From assembly GCA_965220205.1 (NCBI GenBank), contig OZ244812.1, positions 1,705,678 through 1,769,677 of the forward strand: 64,000 nt of DNA, given 5' to 3'. The translations under genes were made by a program, and so were the position numbers. This document shows positions 45,663-55,404 of the stretch, one piece after another. Within the stretch, counting starts at the first letter, position 1. Every line of letters starts with the position of its first letter. The DNA is from Dehalococcoidia bacterium (GTDB taxonomy: Bacteria; Chloroflexota; Dehalococcoidia; Lucifugimonadales; Australimonadaceae). The notes beneath the pieces were generated by a model. It saw only the letters and a program-made list of their open reading frames with translations, did not search any database and was not told the origin of the DNA.

Positions 45663-46101
45663 CAGTGTGATCCTGCACTTCATCGTGCGCTCGTTCATGG
45701 TCCCGTTCATCTTCGTGTTCGGCGCCTACGTGCTGGTCCATGGCGAAGCGAGCCCGGGCGGCGGGTTCCAGGCGGGGGCCATCGTGGCAGCCGCTGCTAT
45801 CCTCGCGCGGCTGACGCTGGGCGCCGAGCACTCGGCGGGCCGCCTCACCACGGGCATGCTGACGTGGGCGGCGAGCGTCGGTCTCGCCCTCTACGCGCTC
45901 ACCGGGGTAGTCCCGCTCTTCTTCGGCGAGAACTACCTCGACTACAGCGCGCTGCCGCTGGAGTGGTTCAACAGCGTCGCCAGCCACGCGCGGACCAACC
46001 GGGCGATGGGCATCTTCATCGTCGAGTTCGGGGTGTTCATCGTCGTGTTCAGCACCATGGTCCTCATCTACGACTACCTGACGCGGGCGCACGATGATTG
46101 A
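45646..46101 (+). CDS. mrpB: Mrp/Mnh-type antiporter subunit B (MbhF-like)
   Basis: ATG 45646. HGEASPGGGFQAGAIVAAA motif. 151 aa, polytopic. Confidence 0.8.
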   Translation: MTERHDSVILHFIVRSFMVPFIFVFGAYVLVHGEASPGGGFQAGAIVAAAAILARLTLGAEHSAGRLTTGMLTWAASVGLALYALTGVVPLFFGENYLDYSALPLEWFNSVASHARTNRAMGIFIVEFGVFIVVFSTMVLIYDYLTRAHDD

Positions 46102-46459
46102 CGAGATCGCGGCAAGGTTCCCTTTCTGGGGCAACGGCGCGCTGATTGCCGTGGGCCTGTACGGCATGATCGGCAAGCGCAGCCTCGTCAAGAAGCTGAT
46201 CGGGATGAACATCTTCCAGTCGGCAATCATCCTGTTCTTCATCGCCGGGAGCGTTCAGGACGGCGCAACGCTGCCGATACTCTTCGAGAGCGGGCACGGC
46301 GACGCGCGGTACATCAACCCTCTGCCCCACGTGCTTATGCTGACGGCGATCGTCGTCGGCATCGCGACGACGGGGGTCGCGTTGGCGTTCCTCGTCCGGA
46401 TACGACGCGAGTTCGGGAGTACGGACGAAGCGACCCTCCTCGAGCAGGTGCGGTCATAG
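46094..46459 (+). CDS. mrpC: Mrp/Mnh-type antiporter subunit C (NuoK-like)
   Basis: 121 aa. LIAVGLYGMIGKRSLVKKLIGMNIFQSAIILFFIA is NuoK/MrpC-like. Confidence 0.85.
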   Translation: MIDEIAARFPFWGNGALIAVGLYGMIGKRSLVKKLIGMNIFQSAIILFFIAGSVQDGATLPILFESGHGDARYINPLPHVLMLTAIVVGIATTGVALAFLVRIRREFGSTDEATLLEQVRS

Positions 46460-46509
46460 CCGATCAACTCCCCGTCCTCATACCGCTGCCGCTGCTGCTG
46501 CTCGCGCTG

Positions 46510-48000
46510 GTGGTCCCGTTGGCGGCGAGGCTGCGCCCTGGACTCGCCTACCCGGCAACGCTGGCAGGCGTCCTGGCCTCCGCCGGCGCGTCGGCCTGGG
46601 CGCTGGCCCGAGTCCTGCAAACGGATGCGCCGCTCCACTACGATCTGGGCGGCTGGGCGCCGCCGGTGGGCATCGAGTACGTGGTCGACCACGTCTCGGC
46701 GCTCGTCGCGATGGTAGTGACCGGCGTGTCGGCGCCGGTCGTAATCGCAACGCGGCGCTGGGCCGTTCGCGAGGCGGGCGACCGGCTTGGCCCGTTCTAT
46801 GGGCTGGTGCTGCTCTTGCTGGCGGGCCTGACCGGCATCGTCGTCACAGGCGACCTGTTCAACCTGTTCGTCTTCCTCGAAATCTCCTCGCTGTCCGCCT
46901 ACGCGCTGGTGTTTCAGGGCGGGCGCCACGGCATGATTGCCGGCTTCCGCTACCTGGTCCTGGGGTCGATCGGCGGCTTCTTCTACCTGCTGGGGGTTGG
47001 GTTTCTCTACTTCACGACGGGCACGCTGAACATGGCGGAGACGGGCGAAATCCTGGCGGACGACGCCTCCGCGCGCTCCGTGCAGGCCGGGGCCGTGTTC
47101 ATCTTCGTGGGGCTCGGCCTCAAGATGGCCGTGGTCCCGCTGCACCTGTGGCTGCCCGACGCGTACACCCACGCCCCCTCGTCGGTCAACACGCTGCTCG
47201 CCCCCGTGATGACGAAGGTCGGCGCCTACGCCATGATCCGGATGTTCCTGAGCGTCTTCCCCGACGACTACCTGACCGACGTTGTCCCGGTCGCGGACGC
47301 TCTCATCGTCCTCGGTCTCGCCGGCGTCGTATATGGCGGGGCAGCGGCCATCGGCCAGCAGGACATCCGGCGGATGCTCGCCTACAGCTCGATAAGCCAG
47401 ATCGGCCTGATCGCCGCCGCGATTGGCCTGGCCTCGCCGCTCGGGTTCATAGCAGCGTTGTTGCACATCATGAACCACGCCGTGATGAAGGCCGCACTCT
47501 TCATCGCCGCAGCGTCGGTCCGCTACCGGACGGGCGAGTCGTCGGTGGACGGCTTCACGAGGCTCGGCAGAACGATGCCGCTGACGATGGGCGTGTTCAC
47601 GGTGGCCGGGGTCTCGATGATCGGGATTCCGCCGACGGCGGGGTTCTTCAGCAAGTGGTGGGTGGCGCAAGCGGGCACGCAGACGGGCACGGGGGCGGAA
47701 CAGTGGGCCGTCGTCGCCGTCGTGCTGGGCTCCAGCATGCTGACGGCGGCCTACCTCTTCCGCGTGCTGGAGCGCGCGTACCTCAGGCCGGCGCAGCGCG
47801 AGTCGGCCGCGGCGTCCGTCCACACGGGCGCCGAAGGCGACGGCGGCTCGCAGGCCGAACCGAGCAACGAGGCAGCGGCAGGAGGCGGCGAGGCGCCGCT
47901 GGACATGGCGCTGCCGGCGGCGGCCCTAGCAGTGGCAACGGTCGTACTCGGTCTGCTCAACACGCCCATCGTGACGCGAGTCCTGGAGCCCGGCCTCTGA
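46510..48000 (+). CDS. mrpD: Mrp subunit D-like proton-conducting antiporter subunit, copy 1
   Basis: NuoM/N-MrpD family motifs (LFVFLEISSLSAY, HLWLPDAYTHAPSSVNTLLAPVMTKVGAY, AYSSISQIG). The start is uncertain (see findings). Confidence 0.85.
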   Translation: MVPLAARLRPGLAYPATLAGVLASAGASAWALARVLQTDAPLHYDLGGWAPPVGIEYVVDHVSALVAMVVTGVSAPVVIATRRWAVREAGDRLGPFYGLVLLLLAGLTGIVVTGDLFNLFVFLEISSLSAYALVFQGGRHGMIAGFRYLVLGSIGGFFYLLGVGFLYFTTGTLNMAETGEILADDASARSVQAGAVFIFVGLGLKMAVVPLHLWLPDAYTHAPSSVNTLLAPVMTKVGAYAMIRMFLSVFPDDYLTDVVPVADALIVLGLAGVVYGGAAAIGQQDIRRMLAYSSISQIGLIAAAIGLASPLGFIAALLHIMNHAVMKAALFIAAASVRYRTGESSVDGFTRLGRTMPLTMGVFTVAGVSMIGIPPTAGFFSKWWVAQAGTQTGTGAEQWAVVAVVLGSSMLTAAYLFRVLERAYLRPAQRESAAASVHTGAEGDGGSQAEPSNEAAAGGGEAPLDMALPAAALAVATVVLGLLNTPIVTRVLEPGL

Positions 48001-49514
48001 TGGGCGGGACGCTCTCGTCGCCGCTGCCGCTGATCGCGGTGCTCATCCCCGCTGTCGGGGCGCTGCTCGTTGCGCTCTCCGGCGAGCGGCACAGGAATCT
48101 CCGCGACGCGTGGTCGACGTTGGCGGCGCTCGCTCTCGTCGGCGTCGTCGCGTCGATGCTCCCCAAGGTCCTCGACGGCACGGCACCGGAAACGACGCTG
48201 ATCGAGCTGTCCCCCGGCATCGACGTGACGCTCCGGGCCGACCCTGCCGGCATGATTTTCGCTCTCCTCGCATCCTCACTATGGGTGCTGGCCGGCGTCT
48301 ACGGCGTTGGGTACATGCGGGCAGGGGGCGAGCACAAGCAGACGCGGTTCTTCAGCGTCTTTGCCCTGAGCTTGGGCGCGACCATTGGCGTTGCATTCGC
48401 TGGCAACCTGCTCACGTTCGTCCTGTTCTACGAGCTACTCACGCTGTTCACGTACCCGCTCGTGATTCACCGGGAGACCGAGGAGTCCATCGCGGCGGGC
48501 CGCAAGTACCTTGCGTACACGCTGTCCGGGGGCGTGCTGCTCATCGGCGCGACCGCTTGGGTCCATACGCTAGGCATCGACGCGAGCTTCACGGCGGGCG
48601 GATTCCTCGGCGGCAGAGACATCTCGGACGCGACTCTGTGGGGCCTGCTGGCGCTGCTGGGGCTGGGCGTTGGCGTGAAGGCGGCGGTCATGCCGCTGCA
48701 CAGCTGGCTGCCCGCGGCGATGGTCGCGCCGACGCCCGTTTCGGCGCTGCTGCACGCGGTGGCCGTCGTGAAGGCGGGCGTATTCGGCGTCGTGCGCATG
48801 CTCGTGTTCGTGTTCGGCGCCGACGTATTGCGCGAGATGGGCGCGTGGCAGGTCATCGCGGGGTTCGCCGCCGCGACGGTAATCATGGCGTCGGCGCTCG
48901 CGTTGCGGCAGGACAATCTCAAGCGGCGGCTCGCGTACTCGACCGTGATCCACCTCTCCTACATCGTGCTCGGCGCTGCGCTGCTGGGCTACACTGCGCT
49001 CATCGGAGCGCTGCTCCACATCGTGGGCCACGGCGTAACGAAGATCACGCTGTTCTTCTGCGCAGGCGCCATACACGCGCGGACGCACCGCGAGAACGTG
49101 AGCGAGTTGAGCGGCATCGGCCGTCAGATGCCCATCACGATGACCGCGTTCGCGCTCGCGTCCCTCAGCATGGTCGGCATCCCTCCGTTCGTCCTGTTCG
49201 CGAGCAAGTTCTACCTGGGCTGGGGCGCGGCGGGAGTCGATCAACAGCTGTTCATGGTCTTGTACATCGCGAGCGGGGTGCTGAGCGCCGCGTACTTGTT
49301 CCCCATCGTCATCCGGGCATTCTGGGGTTCGTCGCCCCAGTTCACGCGCTACGGCGAAGCGGACATGCGGATGGTCGTGCCGCTCGCCATCACGGGCGTG
49401 CTCGCTCTCGTGCTCGGCATCGTCCCGAACGTGCCGTTCGCGTTCCTTGAGCTCGCGTCCGACGTGGCTGACGCCGCGTTCGGCGCCGGCGCGACGGCGG
49501 GAGGCGCGCCGTGA
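48000..49514 (+). CDS. Mrp subunit D-like antiporter subunit, copy 2
   Basis: The ATG overlaps the previous TGA (TGATG). LFYELLTLFTYPL, HSWLPAAMVAPTPVSALLHAVAVVKAGVFG, AYSTVIHLSY. Confidence 0.85.
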   Translation: MGGTLSSPLPLIAVLIPAVGALLVALSGERHRNLRDAWSTLAALALVGVVASMLPKVLDGTAPETTLIELSPGIDVTLRADPAGMIFALLASSLWVLAGVYGVGYMRAGGEHKQTRFFSVFALSLGATIGVAFAGNLLTFVLFYELLTLFTYPLVIHRETEESIAAGRKYLAYTLSGGVLLIGATAWVHTLGIDASFTAGGFLGGRDISDATLWGLLALLGLGVGVKAAVMPLHSWLPAAMVAPTPVSALLHAVAVVKAGVFGVVRMLVFVFGADVLREMGAWQVIAGFAAATVIMASALALRQDNLKRRLAYSTVIHLSYIVLGAALLGYTALIGALLHIVGHGVTKITLFFCAGAIHARTHRENVSELSGIGRQMPITMTAFALASLSMVGIPPFVLFASKFYLGWGAAGVDQQLFMVLYIASGVLSAAYLFPIVIRAFWGSSPQFTRYGEADMRMVVPLAITGVLALVLGIVPNVPFAFLELASDVADAAFGAGATAGGAP

Positions 49515-49771
49515 GCAACCGGATGCGCATGACCGTCGCGCTGGTCGCCGCATTCGCGGTCTCCGTCGCCGCGGACGCCATTCTCGTGGACCGCGGCAGC
49601 ATCGACGAGACGATCTACGGCGGCCGCGTGATCGGCGTGTGGCCGGCGCTCGGCCTCGCGTCGGCTGTGGCGTTCGTCTACGCGGCGTGGTGGGCGGGGC
49701 GCATGTTGCAACGCCGGGGCGACCCCTACGACAAGACCAACGATGACAGCGAGGGCGGCGGCGATGGATAG
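49511..49771 (+). CDS. Small membrane protein of unknown function within the mrp-like cluster
   Basis: 86 aa, two hydrophobic helices, acidic C-terminus. Overlaps both neighbours by a few nt, consistent with operon coupling. Confidence 0.45.
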   Translation: MSNRMRMTVALVAAFAVSVAADAILVDRGSIDETIYGGRVIGVWPALGLASAVAFVYAAWWAGRMLQRRGDPYDKTNDDSEGGGDG

Positions 49772-51449
49772 CGTCCCCCCCGCCCTGCTGATGCTCGCGG
49801 CGGCTGCGGTCGTCCCGCTGCTGCCCGGGGCGGCGCGGCCCTGGGTGGTCGTCGCGGCGCCGGCAATCGTTCTCGTGCAGCTCATGGTGTGGCTGGAGCC
49901 GGAGTCGACGAGGACGATCGGCTGGCTGGTTCTCGAGCTCACACTGCTCGCGGTCGACGACGTGAACGAGGTTTGGGCGACCGTGTTCGCGCTGGTGGGC
50001 GTCGGCGGCGGGCTCTTCGGCCTGCACCTGCGAGACCGCTGGCAGCAGACCGCAATCCTGGCGTACGGGGGCAGCGCGCTGGGCGTGCTGTTCGCGGGCG
50101 ACCTGCTCACCCTGATTGCGTTCTGGGAGAGCATGGCAGTCGCATCGACCGTACTCATCCTGCAGGGAGGCAGGCCGCGGTCGCACGGCGCCGGGCAACG
50201 CTACTTCTATGTACACATCGTCGGCGGGAGCCTGCTGCTGGCGGGGATCCTCTGGCACTTTGGCGAGACTGGTTCGCTCGCCATCGAGCACGTCGACAGC
50301 GGAGCGGCCGCGTGGCTGATGTTCGCAGGCGTTGCCGTCAACGCCGCCCTCGTGCCGGTCCACGCTTGGCTGTCGGACGCCTACCCCGAGGCGAGCGCCG
50401 CTGGCATGGTGTTCCTCGGCGCGTTCACGACGAAGACCGCCGTGTACGTGATGCTGCGCATGTTCGACGGCTGGGACATACTGCTCGCGGCAGGGCCCGC
50501 GATGGCCGTCTACGCCGCGGTGTTCGCGCTGATGGAGAACGACATCCGTAGATTGCTGGCCTACCACATCATCAGCTCCGTGGGCTTCATGGTGACTGCG
50601 GTGGGTTTGGGGACAGCGGCGGGCGCAGCATCGGTCGCCGACCAAGTGTTCACGCACGTCCTGTGGCAAGCGGCGATGGTCATGAGCGCGGGGGCCGTGC
50701 TGCACGCCACCGGCGCGACAAAGCTCACGGACCTCGGCGGGCTCGCGGCGCCGCTGCGCTGGGTGCTCGCGGCGTACCTCGCGGGCGCGCTGTCCATCTC
50801 AGTGTTTCCGCTGCTCGCCGGCCTGGAGGCAAGCCATCTGTACACCGAGCACGCGGCGGGCGCGGACCTCCGATGGGCGGCGACGCTGCTCTACGCCGCG
50901 TCGGTCGGCACAGTTCTAGCCGTGGCGGTCAAGCTGCCCTACTACGCGTTCTTCGCCCCCGCTCGCGACAGCGCGACCGCGACGACCCGCGTCCCATGGG
51001 GCATGTACGCCGCGATGGGAGCGGCCGCCGTGCTGTCGATCGCGGTCGGCGTGCTTCCGGGCGCTGCGCCCAAGGTTTTCGGCCTGCACTTGGAGCACCC
51101 AGAGTACACGACCACAACCATCGTCTCCGGACTCCAAGTGCTGGCGCTCTCAGCGATAGGGGCGTGGCTCTTCCTGCCGAAGCTGGCGCGCCGGGACACG
51201 GTAACACTGGACGCCGACTGGGTGTACCGCAAGGCGGGGCGTCCCTTCAGCGCGCTGGTCCTGCAGCCGTTGGAGGGCGCGTTCACGGCCTCCGAGGCCG
51301 CAGCCGCGTGGACGGCGCGCGTCACGACTCGTTTGATCGCAACGCCGGAGCTGGGGCGGGCATGGGTAAGCCGGCCTCCGCTGGGAGCGGCGGTGGCGGC
51401 GCTCATCGTGACGTTCGGCGTCGTAGTCCTCGTCGCCGAGCTCTGGTGA
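49764..51449 (+). CDS. Mrp subunit D/A-like antiporter subunit, copy 3
   Basis: ATG 49764. FWESMAVASTVLI, HAWLSDAYPEASAAGMVFLGAFTTKTAVY, AYHIISSVGFM. 561 aa, with an extra C-terminal region. Confidence 0.8.
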   Translation: MDSVPPALLMLAAAAVVPLLPGAARPWVVVAAPAIVLVQLMVWLEPESTRTIGWLVLELTLLAVDDVNEVWATVFALVGVGGGLFGLHLRDRWQQTAILAYGGSALGVLFAGDLLTLIAFWESMAVASTVLILQGGRPRSHGAGQRYFYVHIVGGSLLLAGILWHFGETGSLAIEHVDSGAAAWLMFAGVAVNAALVPVHAWLSDAYPEASAAGMVFLGAFTTKTAVYVMLRMFDGWDILLAAGPAMAVYAAVFALMENDIRRLLAYHIISSVGFMVTAVGLGTAAGAASVADQVFTHVLWQAAMVMSAGAVLHATGATKLTDLGGLAAPLRWVLAAYLAGALSISVFPLLAGLEASHLYTEHAAGADLRWAATLLYAASVGTVLAVAVKLPYYAFFAPARDSATATTRVPWGMYAAMGAAAVLSIAVGVLPGAAPKVFGLHLEHPEYTTTTIVSGLQVLALSAIGAWLFLPKLARRDTVTLDADWVYRKAGRPFSALVLQPLEGAFTASEAAAAWTARVTTRLIATPELGRAWVSRPPLGAAVAALIVTFGVVVLVAELW

Positions 51450-51511
51450 ACAGGCCAGGCGTCGGGTCGGATAGGATACGGACGATTCGGTAGGACGCTC
51501 GAAGGGGGCTT

Positions 51512-52612
51512 ATGGCCATCGGCATCTTCGGCCTGCCTCGCACGGGCAAGACCACGATCTTCAACGCGGTGACGCGCGGCCACGCCGATACGGGCGGGTC
51601 CCGCGCGGGCGGCGCTCAGCCCCACGTGGGCGTCGTCAAGGTGCCCGACCCGCGGCTCGGCGTGCTCGCGGAAATCTCGCATCCCAAGCGGGTGGTCCCC
51701 GCGGAAGTCGAGTACATCGACGTGCCCGCCGCCCCCGAGGGCATCGGCAAGGCGAAGGGCATCGGCGGCGAGTACCTGAACGCTCTGCAACGGTGCGACG
51801 CGCTGCTCATGGTCTCCCGCGCGTTCGAGAACCCGGCGGTGGCTCACGTCGAAGAAACGCTGGACCCATACCGCGACGCCGGTACGCTGGCGCTCGAGCT
51901 CGCCTTCTCGGACCTCGCCATCCTCGAGCGGCGCGAGCAGCGGATCGCAACGCAGCTCAGGGGCGCCAAGGCGCAGGAGCGCGACGCGCTCGGCAGGGAG
52001 CAGCAGCTGATCGTTCGCATCCGCCAAGGGCTCGAAGCGGAGACGCCGGTCCGCGAGCAGGAGCTTCCCCCCGAGGCAAAGGGGCTCCTCAACAACTTCC
52101 AGCTGCTCACCGCGAAGGCCCTGATCATCGTGTTCAACATCAACGAGGACGATGTGGCGAGGACTCCCGAGATCGAGGCGGAGATGGCGGCGGCGCTCGG
52201 CCGGCCAGGGGTCGGGACCGCGGCGTTGTGCGGGCGGCTCGAGGCGGAACTCGCCCAGATGACAGCCGAGGAGGAGGCGGAGTTCCGCGAATCGCTCGGC
52301 GCGGGCGAGCCGGGACTCGACCGGATGGTGCGCCTCTCGTACGACCTGCTCGGTCTCATCTCGTTCCTGACGACCGGCGAGGACGAGACGCGCGCGTGGA
52401 CGATCCGCAAGGGAACGGCCGCGGTCGACGCCGCGGGCGCCGTGCATTCGGACATCCAACGCGGCTTCATCCGCGCGGAGGTTGTCAGCTACGACGACTT
52501 CGTGCGCACACGGAGCGTCGCCGAGGCCCGCAAGCAGGCGGTGTTGCGCACTGAGGGCAAGCAGTACGTCATGCGCGACGGCGACGTGGTGAACTTTCTG
52601 TTCAACATTTGA
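51512..52612 (+). CDS. ychF: Ribosome-binding ATPase YchF
   Basis: 366 aa. G1 motif GLPRTGKTTIFNA, a coiled-coil insertion, and a C-terminal TGS-like region (IRAEVVSYDDF...EGKQYVMRDGDVVNFLFN). Confidence 0.9.
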   Translation: MAIGIFGLPRTGKTTIFNAVTRGHADTGGSRAGGAQPHVGVVKVPDPRLGVLAEISHPKRVVPAEVEYIDVPAAPEGIGKAKGIGGEYLNALQRCDALLMVSRAFENPAVAHVEETLDPYRDAGTLALELAFSDLAILERREQRIATQLRGAKAQERDALGREQQLIVRIRQGLEAETPVREQELPPEAKGLLNNFQLLTAKALIIVFNINEDDVARTPEIEAEMAAALGRPGVGTAALCGRLEAELAQMTAEEEAEFRESLGAGEPGLDRMVRLSYDLLGLISFLTTGEDETRAWTIRKGTAAVDAAGAVHSDIQRGFIRAEVVSYDDFVRTRSVAEARKQAVLRTEGKQYVMRDGDVVNFLFNI

Positions 52613-52623
52613 TGTAGCTGGGC

Positions 52624-52652
52624 TTGACAGGCAGTATCAATATTGCTACTGT
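52624..52652 (+). promoter_or_regulatory. Candidate promoter with an embedded palindrome upstream of hicAB
   Basis: TTGACA (52624-52629), a 17-nt spacer, then TACTGT (52647-52652). The spacer contains CAGTA-TCAATATTGC-TACTG, with a CAATATTG core. Confidence 0.45.
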
Positions 52653-52705
52653 CAGAACACAGGAGGAGTGACTATGGGCGAATATGACTGTTATTGGAGT
52701 CTGAA

Positions 52706-52954
52706 ATGGAACGCTCCCCTGCCATCGAGGCACTTCGCAGTAATCCTAAAGGCGTTCGGTTCGCAGACCTAGCCAAGATATGCGACTACTTCTTCGGAGA
52801 ACCCCGTCAGCAGGGTACGAGTCACCGGGTCTACCGGACTCCGTGGCAGGGCAACCCCAGGGTGAACATACAGAACGACAGGGGCATGGCGAAACCGTAT
52901 CAAGTGCGCCAAGTCGCCGAGGCCCTTGAGCGATTACAAGAAAGTGATAGCTAG
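52706..52954 (+). CDS. hicA: HicA-family toxin (type II TA)
   Basis: 82 aa. The QQGTSHRVYRTPWQGNPRVNIQNDRGMAKPYQVRQV pattern corresponds to the HicA GSH...core. AT-richer island, followed by hicB. Confidence 0.7.
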   Translation: MERSPAIEALRSNPKGVRFADLAKICDYFFGEPRQQGTSHRVYRTPWQGNPRVNIQNDRGMAKPYQVRQVAEALERLQESDS

Positions 52955-53276
52955 TCATTACACATACAGAGTTACGTGGTCCGCTGAGGACGAGGAATAC
53001 GTTGGGCTGTGCGCCGAATTTCCTTCGTTGAGCTGGTTGGCGTCCACCCAGGAAGAGGCCTTTTCCGGAATCCGGCAGCTGGTCGAGGACTGCGTCACGG
53101 ATATGCAGTCCAACGATGAACCTCCGCCAGAACCGATGGCCGACCGCTCCTACAGCGGGAAATTCATGGTTCGCGTACCCCCGGAAACGCATCGCGCCCT
53201 TGCCATACGGGCCGCCGAGGAAGGCGTTAGCCTGAATCGTCTAGTCAGCGCAAGGCTCGCCAACGACGCCCTGTAA
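52926..53276 (+). CDS. hicB: HicB-family antitoxin with a C-terminal ribbon-helix-helix
   Basis: YTYRVTWSAEDEEYVGLCAEFPSLSWLASTQEEAFSGIRQLV is a HicB/UPF0150 N-domain. GKFMVRVPPETHRALAIRAAEEGVSLNRLVSARL is RHH-like. The start is TTG 52926 or GTG 52944. Confidence 0.75.
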   Translation: MSDYKKVIASHYTYRVTWSAEDEEYVGLCAEFPSLSWLASTQEEAFSGIRQLVEDCVTDMQSNDEPPPEPMADRSYSGKFMVRVPPETHRALAIRAAEEGVSLNRLVSARLANDAL

Positions 53277-53351
53277 GAATCCGTCGGCGCCTAGACGACG
53301 TCAGGCCGCGTCTCCGCTGCTCTCCCTCCCTCGCCCCGCTATACTCAGGGA

Positions 53352-54578
53352 ATGAGCCAGCCGATCGCCCTGTACGTCCATATCCCGTTCTGCGAGACGC
53401 GCTGCCCCTACTGCGACTTCAACACCTACGCGGGCATCGAGTCGCTGATGCCGCGCTACGTCGACGCGCTGTGCCACGACCTCACGCAGTGGGGCGCGTG
53501 GCTCGGCAGGCCCCGGCTCGCGAGCCTCTTCTTCGGCGGGGGCACGCCGTCGTACCTCCCTACCCGCGACATCGGACGGCTGATGGGCGCCGTCACGACG
53601 TCGTTCGATCTGCCGTCGGACGCGGAGGCCACGCTCGAAGCGAACCCCGGCGATTGCGCCCGCGAGCGGCTCGCGGCGATACGCGCCGCCGGCGTCAACC
53701 GGCTCAGCATTGGCGTGCAGTCGCTCGACGACAACGAGCTGCGCCTGCTCGGCAGGCGGCACTCCGCCGCCGACGCAGCCGCGGCGGTGCACGCGGCCAG
53801 GCAAGCCGGGTTCGACAACCTCAGCATCGATCTCATGTTCGGCCTGCCCTATCAGTTCGTCTCGTCGTGGGAGCACACGCTCGAACGGGCGATCGAGCTG
53901 CTCCCGGACCACGTCTCCGCCTATGCGCTCACGCTCGAAGGGGGCACCGAGATGGAGGCCAGCGTGCGGCAGGGACGGCTCCCCGACCCCGACCCCGACC
54001 TCGCGGCCGAGATGTACCTGCTGGCGCAGGGCATGTTCGCCGACGCCCGCTACGAGCAGTACGAGATCTCCAACTGGGCCGCGCCGTCGCGGGCCTCGAC
54101 GCATAACCTCGCCTACTGGCAGAACCGTCCCTACCTCGGCGTGGGTCCCGGCGCTCACTCGTACCTCATCGGCGACCGTGCCGAAACTCGCGGTCTGGGC
54201 CCGCATGGGGTGCGGTTCGCGGCGATGCTGTCGCCCCGCGCCTACGTCGACCGCGCCGAGTCGTGGCGCGCCGAGGGCGCCGTCGACGCGGCGGCGCTCG
54301 GCGCAGTGCCCACGGTCGGCTTCTACGAGGAGGTCTCCGAGGGCACGGCCATGGCGGAGACGATGATGATGGGCCTGCGCCTCAACGCCGGCGTATCGGA
54401 CGCAGCCTTCGCGCAGCGGTTCGGCGAAGGCATCGCCGAACGCTTCCCGTCCGTCGTCGCGGACTGCATCGACCTTGGCCTCCTCGAGTGGAGCCGCGGC
54501 AATCTCCGGCTCACCGAGGAGGGGCGGCTGCTCGGCAACGAGGCGTTCGGGAGGTTCGTGGGGGCGGTGGCGCCGTAG
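53352..54578 (+). CDS. hemW: Radical SAM heme chaperone HemW (HemN-like)
   Basis: 408 aa. [19 protein letters not shown] radical-SAM motif, GGGTPS, and a HemN C-terminal domain. Confidence 0.88.
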   Translation: MSQPIALYVHIPFCETRCPYCDFNTYAGIESLMPRYVDALCHDLTQWGAWLGRPRLASLFFGGGTPSYLPTRDIGRLMGAVTTSFDLPSDAEATLEANPGDCARERLAAIRAAGVNRLSIGVQSLDDNELRLLGRRHSAADAAAAVHAARQAGFDNLSIDLMFGLPYQFVSSWEHTLERAIELLPDHVSAYALTLEGGTEMEASVRQGRLPDPDPDLAAEMYLLAQGMFADARYEQYEISNWAAPSRASTHNLAYWQNRPYLGVGPGAHSYLIGDRAETRGLGPHGVRFAAMLSPRAYVDRAESWRAEGAVDAAALGAVPTVGFYEEVSEGTAMAETMMMGLRLNAGVSDAAFAQRFGEGIAERFPSVVADCIDLGLLEWSRGNLRLTEEGRLLGNEAFGRFVGAVAP

Positions 54579-54654
54579 CGCGTCTCCGCCCTGTTTCGCG
54601 GCTGCGCCGGCGCCCGGTAGAATCAGGGCAGACTCCCCGAAGGAGCGAGCGCAC

Positions 54655-55404
54655 ATGCATCAGGTAGTCCTGCTCCGTCACGGCGAGAGCATCTGGAACC
54701 TCGAGAACCGGTTCAGCGGGTGGACCGACGTCGACCTCACGGACACGGGCCGCGAGGAGGCCGCCCGCTCGGGCAAGCTCCTCATGGACGAAGGCTTCAC
54801 GTTCGACGCCGCCTACACCTCCGTCCTCAAACGGGCCGTCCGCACCCTCTGGATCGTGCTCGACGAGATGGACCTGATGTGGATCCCGGTGGTGCGGAGC
54901 TGGCGGCTGAACGAGCGCCACTACGGTGCGCTTCAGGGGCTGAACAAGGCCGAGACGGCGGCCGAGCACGGCGAGGAGCAGGTGCAGGTGTGGCGCCGCA
55001 GTTTCGACGTGCCGCCGCCGGCGCTCGAGCCAGCGGACCCCCGCCACCCACGCAACGACCCGCGCTACGCAAGCCTGACGCCGGACGAGCTCCCGCTCAC
55101 CGAGTCGCTCGAACAGACCATCGCGCGTTTCGTGCCCTACTGGTCGGGGACCATCGCGCCCGAGATCGCGGCGGGCAAGCGCGTGCTGATCGCAGCGCAC
55201 GGCAACAGCCTGCGGGCGCTGGTCAAGCACCTCGACCACGTCTCCGACGAGGAGATCGTCGACCTGAACATCCCGACGGGCGTGCCGCTGGTGTACGACC
55301 TCGACGACGACCTGCGGCCGGTCGGCCATCGCTACCTGGGCGACGCGGAGGAGATCGAGCGGGCGATGGCGCAGACGGCGTCCCAGGGCAGAGCGCCTCA
55401 ATGA
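54655..55404 (+). CDS. gpmA: 2,3-bisphosphoglycerate-dependent phosphoglycerate mutase
   Basis: ATG 54655 behind [48 protein letters not shown]. Confidence 0.92.
   Translation: MHQVVLLRHGESIWNLENRFSGWTDVDLTDTGREEAARSGKLLMDEGFTFDAAYTSVLKRAVRTLWIVLDEMDLMWIPVVRSWRLNERHYGALQGLNKAETAAEHGEEQVQVWRRSFDVPPPALEPADPRHPRNDPRYASLTPDELPLTESLEQTIARFVPYWSGTIAPEIAAGKRVLIAAHGNSLRALVKHLDHVSDEEIVDLNIPTGVPLVYDLDDDLRPVGHRYLGDAEEIERAMAQTASQGRAPQ

Noticed and set aside
46255-52459. Long minus-strand ORFs (46255-47823, 48570-50705, 50942-52459) antisense to the mrp cluster and ychF
   Set aside because: Same reasoning. The plus-strand products carry clear MrpD/YchF motifs, and the antisense translations are charged low-complexity sequence.
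52674-52772. 32-aa ORF behind the strong AGGAGGAG RBS upstream of hicA, in a different frame
   Set aside because: The translation (MGEYDCYWSLKWNAPLPSRHFAVILKAFGSQT) has no HicA features, while the +2 frame gives a full HicA-like product from ATG 52706. It is kept only as a possible leader peptide in the hicAB finding.
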